Source: Oligoflexia bacterium (GTDB lineage Bacteria > Bdellovibrionota > UBA1018). From it: a stretch of 64,000 nucleotides of DNA. Made by a program: the position numbers and the translations under genes. The notes beneath the pieces are model-generated. The model was not told where the DNA came from. It was given only the letters and a program-made list of their open reading frames with translations, and ran no database searches. Where the stretch lies: the NCBI GenBank assembly GCA_903935335.1, contig CAIZRG010000049.1:51759-115758 (forward strand). The letters are read 5' to 3'. This document shows, piece after piece, positions 30,247 to 41,591 of this stretch (within the stretch, counting starts at the first letter, position 1; each line of letters starts with the position of its first letter).

Positions 30247-31806
30247 TTATTTTATTCCAAATACACAAGAAAACGGACATTTTAATGGAACAGCCCTCAG
30301 TCGACCTATTTTAAAATTTTTCATATAGATTTTTGCTTCGTCTGAATGATGGATCTCTTGAAATCCTTGTGAAGCATCTTTCCCTGCATATTTAAGTAAA
30401 ACTTTTAAACCGCCAGGATGATTTTTTGAGAATTGAGTCAGATCATAAACCTCGGAGTCTATAATAACCCAAAGACTTTCTTCGAAACCATGCTGAGCAA
30501 CTTCTTCTAGAGTAAATTCAGGAATGGCCTCTTGGGAACTCATCTGAGGAATATAAGCAGAACGACCACTCACCCCCAATTCATGAACGTTATAACCCTT
30601 GGGATACACAATATTGTTTTGTAAAGTTCGAAACCAAGGAATTCTGGGCAATACAGCTGAAAGATGTCCAATATAAAAAAATGCAGATTTCACAGAGTCA
30701 ATGGTTGACTTTGGTAAATCTGGATAGCCAGTTGCTCTCCTAAAAACATCATCCATCCCAGCTAAAAGTGCAGTTCGGACAAGAGGGCGAACCCTTTCGG
30801 GATAAACAACTAAAACCTGACTCACAATTTGATCAAAAAGACGTCTTTTAACTTCACCTGGCTCAGAATGTTTGAAACAATAACTCCAATACCAAGATTT
30901 CATCTCCTCATAATCTTCAGTTAAACCTCCAATATTCATCGCTTTTCCTATTTTTAAAATAGAATAAAACCAACCTAGTTTTTCAACTAAAGTAAAAGAC
31001 CTCCATCCCAATCTTGAATTCCATTCTTCAGGCAAAAACATAATCCCAGCTAAAATAAACCGATAACCTTCTTCCGGAATATGGTATTGCCCATGGATAG
31101 CATTAATTTTTTCAATACAAGTTCTTCCACGATAACTACCCAACCCCCACTCTAAAATATTTGAAACAAGCAAGACCGTATCAATCAGTCGTTTCAGTGC
31201 AGCTTGAGATAACTCATGCGTTGTCAAAAGAAAAGAATTAGTGCTAGCAACAATGACAGATCGAATTTCATAAAGAATAGAAAAAAGCTTCATCTCCCAT
31301 CGAAACTCGTAGCTCATTGAATGATAAATAATATCACAATCAGACTTAGGATCTAAATTTTGGATCTCACTCAAAGTCAAAGGCCTCATCAACCAACTGA
31401 GTCGTCGCTCAAGATCTTTATGTCGTTCAATTACTTGACTTACAGGGTTAACCAAAGAAGAAAATTGGGGAGAATCTAAAAATTTTGGAAAAAGCCCCTG
31501 AAGTTCTTCTCTAGGAAATCGGTAGGGCTGATGATGAAGCTGCTCAACAATTGAGAGTAATTCCTCAGAAATCTTGTAATTCTCGCAAAATTTCAAGATC
31601 TCAAATTCAGTCTGGCGATTCATCTCTTGAATTTCCTCTTTTACAGCATCTTGGATACGCTCAAAAGGAGTATCAGGAACAAGAGAAAGAACCTCAAGTA
31701 GAGCATGGATCATTTCTTGGTTGAACTTTTCTGCAGAGAAAGCAGTAGGAGTCAAGATTTCTAAACAAAGATCTTCTTTTGCCATGTTTTCCTCAAACAA
31801 AACCAT
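30247..31806 (-). CDS. Protein with C-terminal cytochrome b5-like heme-binding domain and large unknown N-terminal domain
   Basis: 519 aa. C-terminus HPGG...GKDASQGFQEIHHS is the cytochrome b5 heme-binding signature. Confidence 0.6.
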   Translation of the reverse strand: MVLFEENMAKEDLCLEILTPTAFSAEKFNQEMIHALLEVLSLVPDTPFERIQDAVKEEIQEMNRQTEFEILKFCENYKISEELLSIVEQLHHQPYRFPREELQGLFPKFLDSPQFSSLVNPVSQVIERHKDLERRLSWLMRPLTLSEIQNLDPKSDCDIIYHSMSYEFRWEMKLFSILYEIRSVIVASTNSFLLTTHELSQAALKRLIDTVLLVSNILEWGLGSYRGRTCIEKINAIHGQYHIPEEGYRFILAGIMFLPEEWNSRLGWRSFTLVEKLGWFYSILKIGKAMNIGGLTEDYEEMKSWYWSYCFKHSEPGEVKRRLFDQIVSQVLVVYPERVRPLVRTALLAGMDDVFRRATGYPDLPKSTIDSVKSAFFYIGHLSAVLPRIPWFRTLQNNIVYPKGYNVHELGVSGRSAYIPQMSSQEAIPEFTLEEVAQHGFEESLWVIIDSEVYDLTQFSKNHPGGLKVLLKYAGKDASQGFQEIHHSDEAKIYMKNFKIGRLRAVPLKCPFSCVFGIK

Positions 31807-31943
31807 TGCTCATTGTGTATGAAAAGTTAATTTCAATATCTATATGTCTCTTATTTCCTCATTTCAAGTCCTTAGCCCCCAATTCCAGCGAAATTCACAG
31901 CGAAAATCTTGCATGAATCCCAAGAACACGATAATTCAATGAA

Positions 31944-34490
31944 GTGAATTGGCCTCTTTTTGACAGAATTCCTGCTCCCTCTGATCTTCAACCGGGAACA
32001 CTATTAGATCGTTTCTTAGACTTCGTCCGAGAAAAAAAGATTTCTCTGTATTCAACGCAAGAAGAAGCTATTCTCGAAATTTATTCTGGTAAAAATGTCA
32101 TTCTCAATACCCCGACTGGTTCTGGAAAATCTTTAGTCGCTCTGGCCCTTCACTTTTATGCAATTGCTTACAAAAATCGATCTGCTTATATCAGTCCAAT
32201 TAAAGCTTTAGTAAACGAAAAATTTCTCTCGCTTTGTAAGGAATTTGGACCTGAACAAGTCGGAATGATCACTGGAGATGCTGCAATCAATCCACAAGCT
32301 CTGATCCTCTGTTGTACAGCTGAAATCCTAGCCAATCAAGCTCTTAGGAAAGGCTCAAAGTGCGATCTAATCGACATTATTTTAGATGAATTTCACTATT
32401 ACTCAGACCGTGAAAGAGGCATTGCATGGCAAGTTCCGCTCCTGACCTTATCTCAGTCTCGATTCCTCCTGATGTCAGCCACTTTAGGAGATACAAGACA
32501 ATTTGAAGAAAGTTTATCTAAACTCAATCAACGTGAGACAGTGCTCATCCAGTCAAAGGAAAGACCCGTTGCTCTTTCCTTTGAATATTCTGAAACCCCT
32601 CTTCACGAAACGGTGTCTCGGCTTCTAAAAAATGATCGAGCGCCTATTTATCTAGTTAATTTTACACAACGAGAGTGCTGCGAGGAGGCGCAAAACTTTT
32701 TAAGTATTGACTTTTGCACCAAAGAAGAAAAAAAAATTATTCAAGAATTAATCATTGGAACTCGATTTTCTAGTCCTTATGGAAAAGAGATTTCTAAGTT
32801 ACTCAAACATGGAGTTGGCATTCATCATGCAGGGTTGCTTCCAAAATATCGACTGCTGGTTGAAAAATTAGCCCAGCGAGGACTTCTTAAAATCATCTGT
32901 GGGACAGATACTCTAGGTGTAGGAGTCAATGTGCCGATTAGAACGGTTCTTTTTACAAAGCTTTGCAAATTTGATGGAGAAAAAACATCAATTCTCAGTG
33001 TCAGAGACTTTCAGCAAATCAGTGGAAGGGCCGGTAGAAAAGGCTATGATACCCAAGGTTTTGTCATCTGTCAGGCACCTGCTCATGTAATAGAAAACTT
33101 GCGTTTAGATCAAAAAGCTGGCGGAGATCCAAAAAAAATCAGAAAAACTGTAAAACGTAAGCCTCCAGAAAAAGGATTTATCCCCTGGAACAAAGATACA
33201 TTGATGCGTCTTGTCTCTGGGCAATCTGAACCTCTTATTTCTCGATTCAAAGTATCCCACTCCATGCTTCTTCATGTTTTAAGCCGCTCTCATGAAGACG
33301 GCTGTAAAGCCATGCAAATTCTGATTCGAAACTCTCATGAGTCAGAATCTGCTAAGTACAAACATCGAAAAACTGCATTTCAGCTTTTTAGGTCTTTGAT
33401 CGATCGAAAAATTATTGAATTCAATCCTCTTCGAGTCAATGTCGACCTCCAAGAAGATTTTTCTCTCAATCAAACCTTATCGCTATACCTGCTAGACACT
33501 CTCCTTCTTTTGAACCCTCTCAGTCCTGACTATGCTGTGGATCTTTTGTCCTTGGTGGAATCCATTCTGGAAAACCCAGATATCATACTACGAAAACAGC
33601 TCGATCGGATGAAGTCTGAAAAGATCGAAGAATTAAAAATGTCAGGTGTAGAATATGACGCAAGAATGGAAGAACTTGAAAAATTAGAATACCCAAAACC
33701 AAATCGAGATTTTACTTATCAAACTTTTAACCAGTTTGCAGCCACCTATCCTTGGATTGGACAAGAAAATATCAAACCTAAGTCGATTGCTCGAGAAATG
33801 TATGAAAATTTTCAATCTTTCTCTGAATATATTCGAGATTATGGTTTACAAAGAGCGGAAGGAATCCTCTTACGATATCTCTCCGATGTTTACAAAACTT
33901 TAACTCAAACGGTTCCTGAGACTGCCAAAAATGATGAGATTGCATCCATCCTCATTTATTTACACTCCATCGTCCATCAAGTTGACTCAAGCCTCCTGGA
34001 TGAATGGGAAAAATTAAAAAATCCTCAATGGATTTCAAAAGAAAGTCTTGAAACTTCATCGAAACTCTTAATCAACTCAGAAAGTATTTCTCAAAATATC
34101 ACTGCAAATCGTAAAAAATTTTCAATTAAGATTAGAAATGAAATTTTTCACATCGTGCGAACTTTAGCCCGCAATGAATTCGAACTGACACTCTCTTTAC
34201 TCGAATTCACTCAAGTGCAATCAGAAAAAAAATGGTCTATTTTTGATTTAGAGCAAGTTATGAATGAATACTACAACTCCCAACATTCTAAAATCTGTAC
34301 AAACAGTCAAGCAAGAGACCCAAAAAATACACTTTTTCTAAAAGACGATGGACCGATTTGGAAAATTCAGCAGATTTTGATTGATCCAGAAGGACACAAC
34401 GACTGGGCTTTAAATTTCAACCTGGGCTTGGAAGCCTCTCAGGCAGCATCTCACCCCATCCTCGAGCTAACCCACATAGGACCTTTGTGA
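31944..34490 (+). CDS. Ski2-like DEAD/DEAH-box helicase
   Basis: 848 aa. [28 protein letters not shown] motifs and a long C-terminal domain. Confidence 0.85.
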   Translation: MNWPLFDRIPAPSDLQPGTLLDRFLDFVREKKISLYSTQEEAILEIYSGKNVILNTPTGSGKSLVALALHFYAIAYKNRSAYISPIKALVNEKFLSLCKEFGPEQVGMITGDAAINPQALILCCTAEILANQALRKGSKCDLIDIILDEFHYYSDRERGIAWQVPLLTLSQSRFLLMSATLGDTRQFEESLSKLNQRETVLIQSKERPVALSFEYSETPLHETVSRLLKNDRAPIYLVNFTQRECCEEAQNFLSIDFCTKEEKKIIQELIIGTRFSSPYGKEISKLLKHGVGIHHAGLLPKYRLLVEKLAQRGLLKIICGTDTLGVGVNVPIRTVLFTKLCKFDGEKTSILSVRDFQQISGRAGRKGYDTQGFVICQAPAHVIENLRLDQKAGGDPKKIRKTVKRKPPEKGFIPWNKDTLMRLVSGQSEPLISRFKVSHSMLLHVLSRSHEDGCKAMQILIRNSHESESAKYKHRKTAFQLFRSLIDRKIIEFNPLRVNVDLQEDFSLNQTLSLYLLDTLLLLNPLSPDYAVDLLSLVESILENPDIILRKQLDRMKSEKIEELKMSGVEYDARMEELEKLEYPKPNRDFTYQTFNQFAATYPWIGQENIKPKSIAREMYENFQSFSEYIRDYGLQRAEGILLRYLSDVYKTLTQTVPETAKNDEIASILIYLHSIVHQVDSSLLDEWEKLKNPQWISKESLETSSKLLINSESISQNITANRKKFSIKIRNEIFHIVRTLARNEFELTLSLLEFTQVQSEKKWSIFDLEQVMNEYYNSQHSKICTNSQARDPKNTLFLKDDGPIWKIQQILIDPEGHNDWALNFNLGLEASQAASHPILELTHIGPL

Positions 34491-35767
34491 CTCACACCCC
34501 TCTCAAAGTCTTTATCATTGGATACGTTTGGCCAGAACTGCAGTCTTCAGCAGCAGGTTTGAGGTCTTGGAATTTAATCCAAAGCTTTCAAGAAGCCGGA
34601 TGGTCTGTCGCTTTTGCCTGTGCTGCTAAAAAAAACTCATTCACCGCTATCCTTGAAGAAAAAGGAGTTCAGACGATTCCGATTGAACTCAATCATTCCA
34701 GCTTTGACATCATCGTAAAGAATTTCAACCCTAACTTTGTAGTTTTTGATCGCTTTATCACCGAGGAACAATTTGGATGGCGAATCCAAGAGCATTGCCC
34801 AAAAGCGATTCGTATTTTAGATACCCAAGATTTACACTTCTTAAGACGAACTCGAGAAAAAGCTATAAAAGCGCAATCAAATTCTCTGTTTGAGTTTGAA
34901 CCATTTCATCTATGTTCTCCACCTTCTGAAGACGTTTTACGCGAGATTTCGTCTATTTATCGTTGCGATGCAACCTTAGTCTTGTCGAGCTTTGAATTTC
35001 AACTTTTAACTGAAACTTTTAAAATTCCTCAAAATTTTATTCACCTCAGTCGATTTCACTATCCTAGACCTCCTGACTCCCCTGGATTTCATGAGCGAGA
35101 GAATTTTATATTCATAGGAAATTTTAGACATCCTCCCAACTTAGATGGAATCCAATGGCTCCGCCGATCCATTTGGCCGGTCATCTATCAAAAATTACCA
35201 AAAGCTCAGGTCTTCATTTATGGAGCTTATCCCCCTAAAATCATGATGAAACTCACCGAACCCAATATAGGCTTTCATGTGGAAGGTTTTACTCCTGATC
35301 AGTTTCAGGTCCTGAAAAAACACCGTGTTAATCTTGCTCCCTTACGTTTTGGAGCAGGAATCAAGGGAAAAATCACAGATGGTTGGTGGGCAGGACTCCC
35401 AGTCATCACCACTCCCATAGGAGCTGAAGGAATGGCAGACGAACTGCCTTGGGGAGGAGATATATCGACAGAGGCCCAAGATTTTGCTGAAAAAGCAGTT
35501 CAGCTTTATACAGACGAACTCCAGTGGAGAGATGCGCAATCCAGAGGTTTTGAAATCCTCCGCTCTTTTTATGATCATTCAGTGAATTCAAAAGCTCTCA
35601 TCCTCTATCTTCTCAAACTAAAAGATCAATTAGAAGAAAGAAGAAAATCAAATCTTATTGGATCCATACTGAACTTTCACACTCACCGGAGTACAAAATA
35701 TTTCTCTCAATGGATTGAAGAAAAATCTAAAAGACTCAAAATGCTTTCGCTGCCAGCTCAGTTTTAA
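34487..35767 (+). CDS. Glycosyltransferase (GT-B fold, family 1/4-like)
   Basis: 426 aa. C-terminal ...[29 protein letters not shown] nucleotide-sugar-binding-like motif. 4-nt overlap with the helicase gene. Confidence 0.55.
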   Translation: MTHTPLKVFIIGYVWPELQSSAAGLRSWNLIQSFQEAGWSVAFACAAKKNSFTAILEEKGVQTIPIELNHSSFDIIVKNFNPNFVVFDRFITEEQFGWRIQEHCPKAIRILDTQDLHFLRRTREKAIKAQSNSLFEFEPFHLCSPPSEDVLREISSIYRCDATLVLSSFEFQLLTETFKIPQNFIHLSRFHYPRPPDSPGFHERENFIFIGNFRHPPNLDGIQWLRRSIWPVIYQKLPKAQVFIYGAYPPKIMMKLTEPNIGFHVEGFTPDQFQVLKKHRVNLAPLRFGAGIKGKITDGWWAGLPVITTPIGAEGMADELPWGGDISTEAQDFAEKAVQLYTDELQWRDAQSRGFEILRSFYDHSVNSKALILYLLKLKDQLEERRKSNLIGSILNFHTHRSTKYFSQWIEEKSKRLKMLSLPAQF

Positions 35768-35834
35768 AATATCTGTTTTGAAAAAAGCAAACTGGAAAAT
35801 GCAGATTGATTCAGGTTTTAATTTTTTTATTTTA

Positions 35835-36524
35835 TTAAAATCTGCTTCTATATTCTATTCCGCCTGAGCGATAAATTTGATCGAGTTGGTTAACTATTTG
35901 TTCAGGCAAAACATCCATCCAAAAAAAATCTTCTTTATTCCCAGAGCCAATAAACTGAATTTTTCTTTTCTTAAAGCTATTGATTCTTATTTCACTCCAT
36001 CCGTATTGATTTAAAAACCTATTAAATTCATAAGAATTTGACTCTTTAAAGATTAACAGAAAAGCCAGAAGAATTTTAGCAGATTGATTCTCTTCATGGT
36101 CAAACAACTTTTTTAAAATAGGCACAATTTGACCAGCACTAAAAGAAGAAACAGCTATTGCAATCTGTTTTAAGTCATTGAGATTATTGCTATTTTTGTA
36201 CTGATTAAAATATTTAGGCACTGAATTTAAAAAATCTTGTTTTCTAGCTTCCTCTTGAGCAATTGCGCACGGAAAACTTTCTTTCGGATCTTTGCCTTCG
36301 AAACCTTCTTGTATTGGGAAAAATCTTATTCCCGGCTCATGGATATGAACTCCTCCACATTGCTTACACTCATAATAGCCACCTACAGGAACACCATCCC
36401 CAGAGACAAAAGGATGTACAGCATATGAATTATTTTTAAAAATAATTCCCAACACTAAACCGAAAAACAAAAAATAAAGGGGCCTATTTATTTTTTTTAT
36501 AATGCTATGCGTTATAATTTCCAT
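35835..36524 (-). CDS. Hypothetical secreted or membrane-anchored protein
   Basis: 229 aa with an N-terminal hydrophobic segment. Confidence 0.4.
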   Translation of the reverse strand: MEIITHSIIKKINRPLYFLFFGLVLGIIFKNNSYAVHPFVSGDGVPVGGYYECKQCGGVHIHEPGIRFFPIQEGFEGKDPKESFPCAIAQEEARKQDFLNSVPKYFNQYKNSNNLNDLKQIAIAVSSFSAGQIVPILKKLFDHEENQSAKILLAFLLIFKESNSYEFNRFLNQYGWSEIRINSFKKRKIQFIGSGNKEDFFWMDVLPEQIVNQLDQIYRSGGIEYRSRF

Positions 36525-37005
36525 TGCAGTTAGGTATAAAAGAGAAAAAATACTTTTACACCTAAATCTCCTTCCTCACTCAATTAAATCTTTACGGTTC
36601 TGAGTTTAAAACATACATTTAGAGATGTTGCATAATAATCTGTTCAAGTAAAATAGGCAAGGCAAATTCCCCACACTTTTAACGGTGAGGACATAAGGGT
36701 CTCTCAGCGCGGAGTTTTCTACTAGTTAATATCCTGTTTCATGACGTCCAAAGGGATAACTCGGAAAGAGCAATTCTAAATTAATTAGGAGTCAAATAAA
36801 TGACACAATCATTCAATGATCACGATAAGTTGATGTTACGCCCTGACTTATAAATATTATCATCTACTTTTTCTATTTTTTTATAATTATTCTGTATTTA
36901 TAAATCTATTAATGAATAAAATATAATAAGCTTTAATACATATTCAGAATGAATTAAAAAATACTGAGGCTCTAAGAAAAGCAATTTATCGTAATAGAGG
37001 GAATT

Positions 37006-37170
37006 ATGAAAAAAAAGCTGATTAAATTATTTGTTATTTTTCCAATTCTTGGGAGCACCTTTTTATCTTTTGGAGGATGCGGTCAATCAGCCACTACAAA
37101 TACTGCAGATGCTACAACGTCCAATTACCCAACTGTAAGTGTAAAATGCGGCACAAGCTCATGTATACAT
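37006..37170 (+). CDS. Small putative lipoprotein (54 aa)
   Basis: MKKKLIKLFVIFPILGSTFLSFGGCGQSATTNTADATT...: signal peptide plus lipobox-like SFGGC. Below the ORF-track cutoff. Confidence 0.35.
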
Positions 37171-37189
37171 TAAATAAATCAGGAGAAAG

Positions 37190-38537
37190 CATGAATTTAA
37201 AAAAATCTAAAATGGAAAAAATACTAACATTCATTCTGACTCTTGGCGTTTTGATATGGGCATCTATTGGACAAACTCCGAAAGGAATTCGTATTACTGC
37301 TCTGAAACTCAGAAGCAATCCATATGATGCTATTTCTTTAACGATGGAGCAGTTGCTAAAAATGAACACATCTTATGCCGCTACATTGGGTGGCGGACTT
37401 GTCCCTAATGTGATTAACTTAGTGCGTAACGCAATGGGCAGCATCATTGGTTATTCAAGTGAAACTAATTATTCTAATCTAGTTTGTGGTGGTCTCACAG
37501 TCAATAGTACAAATTGCTCGGGACCCCCTGAGAATGGAATTATTGGCACATTGACGTCGATTATAAATGACACTAAAACTGTAGCTACAACAGGCGGAAT
37601 CACATCATGCACTGCTGTACCTGCTAAAGGGTCAATTACAGGAAAGAATAGTTCTGGTGCTTCCGTGACTATTACCTTTGAAACTCCAACCCATGCTATC
37701 CCTTCCCAATGGGTTGGAGGAGGAACAACCTTTTCTAAGCGTGCCGTCTTCAATACCGATGTAAGCCTCGATGGAGGTACAACATCAACCCCTCTGGCTA
37801 TCGCGTACGAATTCAACTGTGGCTCTTCCTCTGCAGCTTATGTTGCGGTATCTATGACTGTAGGAAGTCAAGCCGCAGGATATTCTCGTGATATCGCCGT
37901 CTATAATGGATCTGTAGATACGAGTGGCACCAATGGTTTTCAAGTCTTTATGGCGGAGCATGATCGTACAGATACGACAAATGCAGCTAACAGATCGGCC
38001 TATGGTATAGACATTCATTATAACGACACGACTAAAATTTTTAACCTATGGGGAGTTCTGAGTGGTGCTTTAAACTTCGCAAGTGGAAATGGACTCAATA
38101 CGCTGATGAAATTAAATGTTAATGGAAACTACAGCACCGGGAAAGCCCTTGTCTTTAATCGGGTCATTTCTATGCAGACTAATGACCCTAAAGGTGCTTT
38201 TGACTCAACAGTTTTTACTCACCCCACAGCACATGCGAATGATGCCACATTAGAAGCTGATCCTGGTAATATATCTATGGACGCAAACTTAACCTCTGAT
38301 GCTACGTTACGTACCAGCGTAGCAAACGGCTCTCCAGGAGTTCAAGCTTTTAAAGCATGTCTTGATTTCTCAGCAGTCACAGCGGCAGCCACATCGTCTT
38401 CTGATTGTAGTGGTTTCTCTTTAGTTACACCAACTGATGCAACACCTGCGATTGATAGTACTGGAACTTGGTCAATTTATTGGACTGCTAAAACTCTGCC
38501 TTCAAAACTTGAAGCATTAACTATACCGTCAAGTTGA
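37190..38537 (+). CDS. Thr/Ser/Gly/Asn-rich secreted surface protein
   Basis: Probable start MNLKKSKMEKILTFILTLGVLIWASIG (signal/anchor). The ORF-track start at 37077 is an upstream in-frame artefact. Low-complexity T/S/G/N-rich body with few charged residues. Confidence 0.5.
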
Positions 38538-38549
38538 GATTGAATAAAC

Positions 38550-39254
38550 CTATTTAGATTCATCCAGCTCAATTTCGAGGGTGCTAATCACTCGCTCTGT
38601 CGCTAAAATAAGTTTAATTTTATCAGCAATAACGTGTGCAGCTCTTTTAAGGTTTTCAGTGCTCCACTTTCCTTTCGTTTCATTGCCTTCGCTATTTGGA
38701 TCATTGCCTCTCATATTAAATAATGCTCCTGGGATTGGACCCCCTAACTTAATGCCAGTAATATATTCAAATTCAGGGTTTCCACGGCCAATGACATGTC
38801 CATGAAGCATGGATGGCTCGCTAGGCTTCCCTACAAAAGTCTCTCCTTTTCCCGCATCAAAAGATTGGGAATTATTTCCAGCCACTTCCACTTGGGTAAT
38901 CAGACCCAGTGTCTCATAAGCTTCTACTAATACTGAGAGAGCTAACTGCAAAGCAGCCTTTTCTTCAAAAGTGTAGGCTCTATTGTAAGTTGTTAACATA
39001 TCTTTATTTACAAGTCTTACTATCGACCGATAGCCTCTACTGTCAGTTGGATTTATATAAAAAGCGAAAAAAAATCCTCTGACCTTTAAGCGCGCAATAA
39101 ATTGAGGGTCTTCCATGCGGGGATATTGAGATGACCAATGCTCAGAAGAATAATCAAACTTATTAAAAATAACATCTCCTGGAGCGGCAGATGCACCCGT
39201 AGAAAGCACCATTCCAACACCCATTACGACAAGAGATCTCCGTAAAGATAACAT
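38550..39254 (-). CDS. Secreted protein with HIT-like LHGHVIGRG motif, hypothetical
   Basis: Start taken at MLSLRRSLVVMGVGMVLSTGASAAP (signal peptide), preceded by aggag 8 nt upstream. The motif resembles, but does not equal, the histidine-triad HxHxHxx motif. Confidence 0.45.
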   Translation of the reverse strand: MLSLRRSLVVMGVGMVLSTGASAAPGDVIFNKFDYSSEHWSSQYPRMEDPQFIARLKVRGFFFAFYINPTDSRGYRSIVRLVNKDMLTTYNRAYTFEEKAALQLALSVLVEAYETLGLITQVEVAGNNSQSFDAGKGETFVGKPSEPSMLHGHVIGRGNPEFEYITGIKLGGPIPGALFNMRGNDPNSEGNETKGKWSTENLKRAAHVIADKIKLILATERVISTLEIELDESK

Positions 39255-39974
39255 TTTAATTTCTCCTAAAGCATAAAAAGTAACTGACACCCAAGCCAGT
39301 CCCATAAAATCATAGCGTTAGCTTAATCGCAGGGGTTGAGAATAAACCGAGAGACCCACGCCTGTCAAGAGAGGGCAGCTCACGAAATAAAAGCTATCTC
39401 ACTTTTAACAGTGGTCTGTGGCCATTCAATTACAGTGTCCGGTACGATACAAATTGGACTTTGTTGCCAATGATCTTTAGAAACTAACCAGATAGGATTT
39501 TACTTTGGACTGAGGGATTTTTACATGAAAACCAGCGGTAACAGCAACCTTAGAAAAGGCACCATTTCCTAAAATCCAAAAGAACTGAACGAAGCCCATT
39601 AGGTAAATTGACGTCAAACAACCACATCAGAATGATCCGTAATTCAGCGGCGAATCGTAACACTTCAGAGATGCTTTCGAGAGGGGATTCAAAATAGTCT
39701 TGAACCATGTCTTCTGTATGAGTGCCGCCTTCAAAATCAACGACAATTTAGGGTGAATATTTTCTTCCCAGAAATTATGCATGACCGGATTGTTTTCGAT
39801 ATAGAAGACAAAGAAACGATCTTTTCAATGAGGTCAGACCATTCTTGGCGAGGAGCGACTCTTTCGGTAAAGAACATGACAATGGCTCGAATGACTCGTA
39901 CTTTTTTCATTATTTCCCATTTTTCCTATGATCATAAAGACTTACAACTCTTTCCATCAATAAGGGTTTTAGAA

Positions 39975-40180
39975 GTGAAGAATAAAAAAAGTCAGTGTCC
40001 ACAAGGATTCAAAGATCATGCGGTTCAGCTAGCTCAGGAGTTTGAATCTCCAACAAAAGTTGGCAAACAGCTTGAATCAAGGGCTCTGGACATGCGTACC
40101 TCCGGGTCCGACGTTCGCATTTATCAGAAAGTGGCTTTGGGATTTGAAAATTCACGCTCAAAAAGTTCGAGCGCTGTAAA
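39975..40180 (+). mobile_element. IS3-family OrfA fragment (second, paralogous, degraded copy) abutting a tRNA 3' end
   Basis: KKSQCPQGFKDHAVQLAQEFESPTKVGKQLE parallels the OrfA at 23100..23215 (KNQYTQEFKNHAVELVKEFQSPIRAGKKLG). Followed in another frame by FIRKWLWDLK. No OrfB follows. Confidence 0.6.
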
Positions 40181-40181
40181 C

Positions 40182-40271
40182 TGGCGGAGAGAGAGAGATT
40201 CGAACTCTCGGAAGGGTTACCCCTTCACACGCTTTCGAGGCGTGCTCCTTCAGCCACTCGGACATCTCTCC
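40182..40271 (-). tRNA. tRNA-Ser (anticodon CGA), type II, CCA encoded
   Basis: The reverse complement folds as a cloverleaf: ggagagatgtccgagtggctgaaggagcacgcctCGAaagcgtgtgaagggg...gagttcgaatctctctctctccgcca. Confidence 0.85.
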
Positions 40272-40305
40272 ACAAGATAAGATAGATAACTCATTTTTTG
40301 ACCTG

Positions 40306-41199
40306 ATGTGCACAAAATGTGAACACTCTAGTCAAAATTTAGCCTCCTATAAGCAAAAGGAACCAAACTCTAACCTATTTTTTGGCCTAAGAAAGAGTAT
40401 AATAGCTAAATATAAAGGAGTTTCATTTTTGATCTTCACAAGTTTCTTACTACTCATCCTGTTTATTTTAATTATGTTCTACCTCCAAATGAGGAGAACT
40501 GGGGTCCTACTGATGATTGGTACGGTCCTGGTGATTTTCCTGGTAGGAAGTGGTTTAATTCCGTCTGCTCTCCTAAAAAATCTGCAGGTACATCCACCCA
40601 TCAAGAACTTTGATTGGAAATCTAGCAATACAATTGTTCTCCTGGGTAGTGGGGTCATTCAATGGTCCCTCCCTCATCAGGGTGATACTCAGAATGACAT
40701 AAAGTCAACGCTATTTGGCTATTCTCGAATACATGAAGCTGCAAGACTTTATTGGGATTGTAAGAAAAAATCTCAGAACTGCACTATTCTGGCAACCGGT
40801 GGAAGTCCTCACAAGGAGCGGATTTCTGAGGCTGAAGTCATGCATAGAGAGTTAGTGGAATTAGGTGTTACAGATGTGATTCTTGAAAAAGAAAGTAATA
40901 ATACTTATCAAAATGCAAAATTTTCAAGTGCAATTCTCAAGATGAACAGAAGTGATTCCATTCTATTAGTGAGTTCTGGAGCCCATATGCGACGTTCACT
41001 CCTTTATTTTTCACATTTTGGCGTCAATGCGATTCCTGCTCCATCTGACCATCTCAATACCCAATTGTCATGGCTACCTTTGTCTTATAATTTGCTCTTA
41101 ACAGACCTAGCGATACATGAGTATCTGGGTATTCTTCGCTTTCATCTTTATAACCGACTCGGATGGAATACGAATAACTCTACTCCCGGTGCACCTTAA
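40306..41199 (+). CDS. DUF218 (YdcF/ElyC/SanA-like) membrane protein
   Basis: 297 aa. N-terminal TM segments. IVLLGSGV ... ILATGGSPH ... NTYQNAKFS motifs of the DUF218 fold. Confidence 0.65.
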   Translation: MCTKCEHSSQNLASYKQKEPNSNLFFGLRKSIIAKYKGVSFLIFTSFLLLILFILIMFYLQMRRTGVLLMIGTVLVIFLVGSGLIPSALLKNLQVHPPIKNFDWKSSNTIVLLGSGVIQWSLPHQGDTQNDIKSTLFGYSRIHEAARLYWDCKKKSQNCTILATGGSPHKERISEAEVMHRELVELGVTDVILEKESNNTYQNAKFSSAILKMNRSDSILLVSSGAHMRRSLLYFSHFGVNAIPAPSDHLNTQLSWLPLSYNLLLTDLAIHEYLGILRFHLYNRLGWNTNNSTPGAP

Positions 41200-41591
41200 A
41201 TAGTTAAACGAATAGCACCTAACTCCACCCCCAGAAGATCACACAGGCCGACTTCAACACAAGTCAGTCTAACACTGGGACTGAATGGGAGAAAATTTTT
41301 TTCTAAAATTTCTTGGATTTTATCATAGAAAAATGGGGCTAAAGTTTCACAAGTTGGAAATTCATTCACCTGAGCGCTGACCCCATTGCAATCATTCAGA
41401 TCAGTTTGATCTAAAGAATCCATCAGTTGTTGAATCCTGTTGCGCAAAACCACTAAATCAATAATACGACCCTGAATGGGTTTGCCCTCAATAGCAACTT
41501 TGATCTTCCAAAGATGAGGATGAGGAGTCTCATAACCTGACAAAGAATGAGATGCTTCAAACTGAAACTGCAGCAAGAGTTCTTGTTTCAT
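41196..41591 (-). CDS. 6-pyruvoyl-tetrahydropterin synthase (PTPS/QueD) family protein, short second copy
   Basis: 131 aa. FEASHSLSGYETPHPHLWKIKVAIEG is T-fold PTPS-like. Confidence 0.6.
   Translation of the reverse strand: MKQELLLQFQFEASHSLSGYETPHPHLWKIKVAIEGKPIQGRIIDLVVLRNRIQQLMDSLDQTDLNDCNGVSAQVNEFPTCETLAPFFYDKIQEILEKNFLPFSPSVRLTCVEVGLCDLLGVELGAIRLTI

Noticed and set aside
37077-37189. N-terminal 38 aa of the track ORF 37077..38537
   Set aside because: The upstream extension (MRSISHYKYCRCYNV...) overlaps the separate small lipoprotein ORF in another frame and lacks an RBS. The start was reassigned to ATG 37190, which encodes a signal-peptide-like N-terminus.
39753-40280. 175-aa ORF reported by the track
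   Set aside because: Its 3' third runs through the minus-strand tRNA-Ser(CGA) gene. The middle contains an IS3 OrfA fragment in frame, but the N-terminal 75 aa have no support. Treated as an IS remnant plus read-through artefact, not an intact gene.
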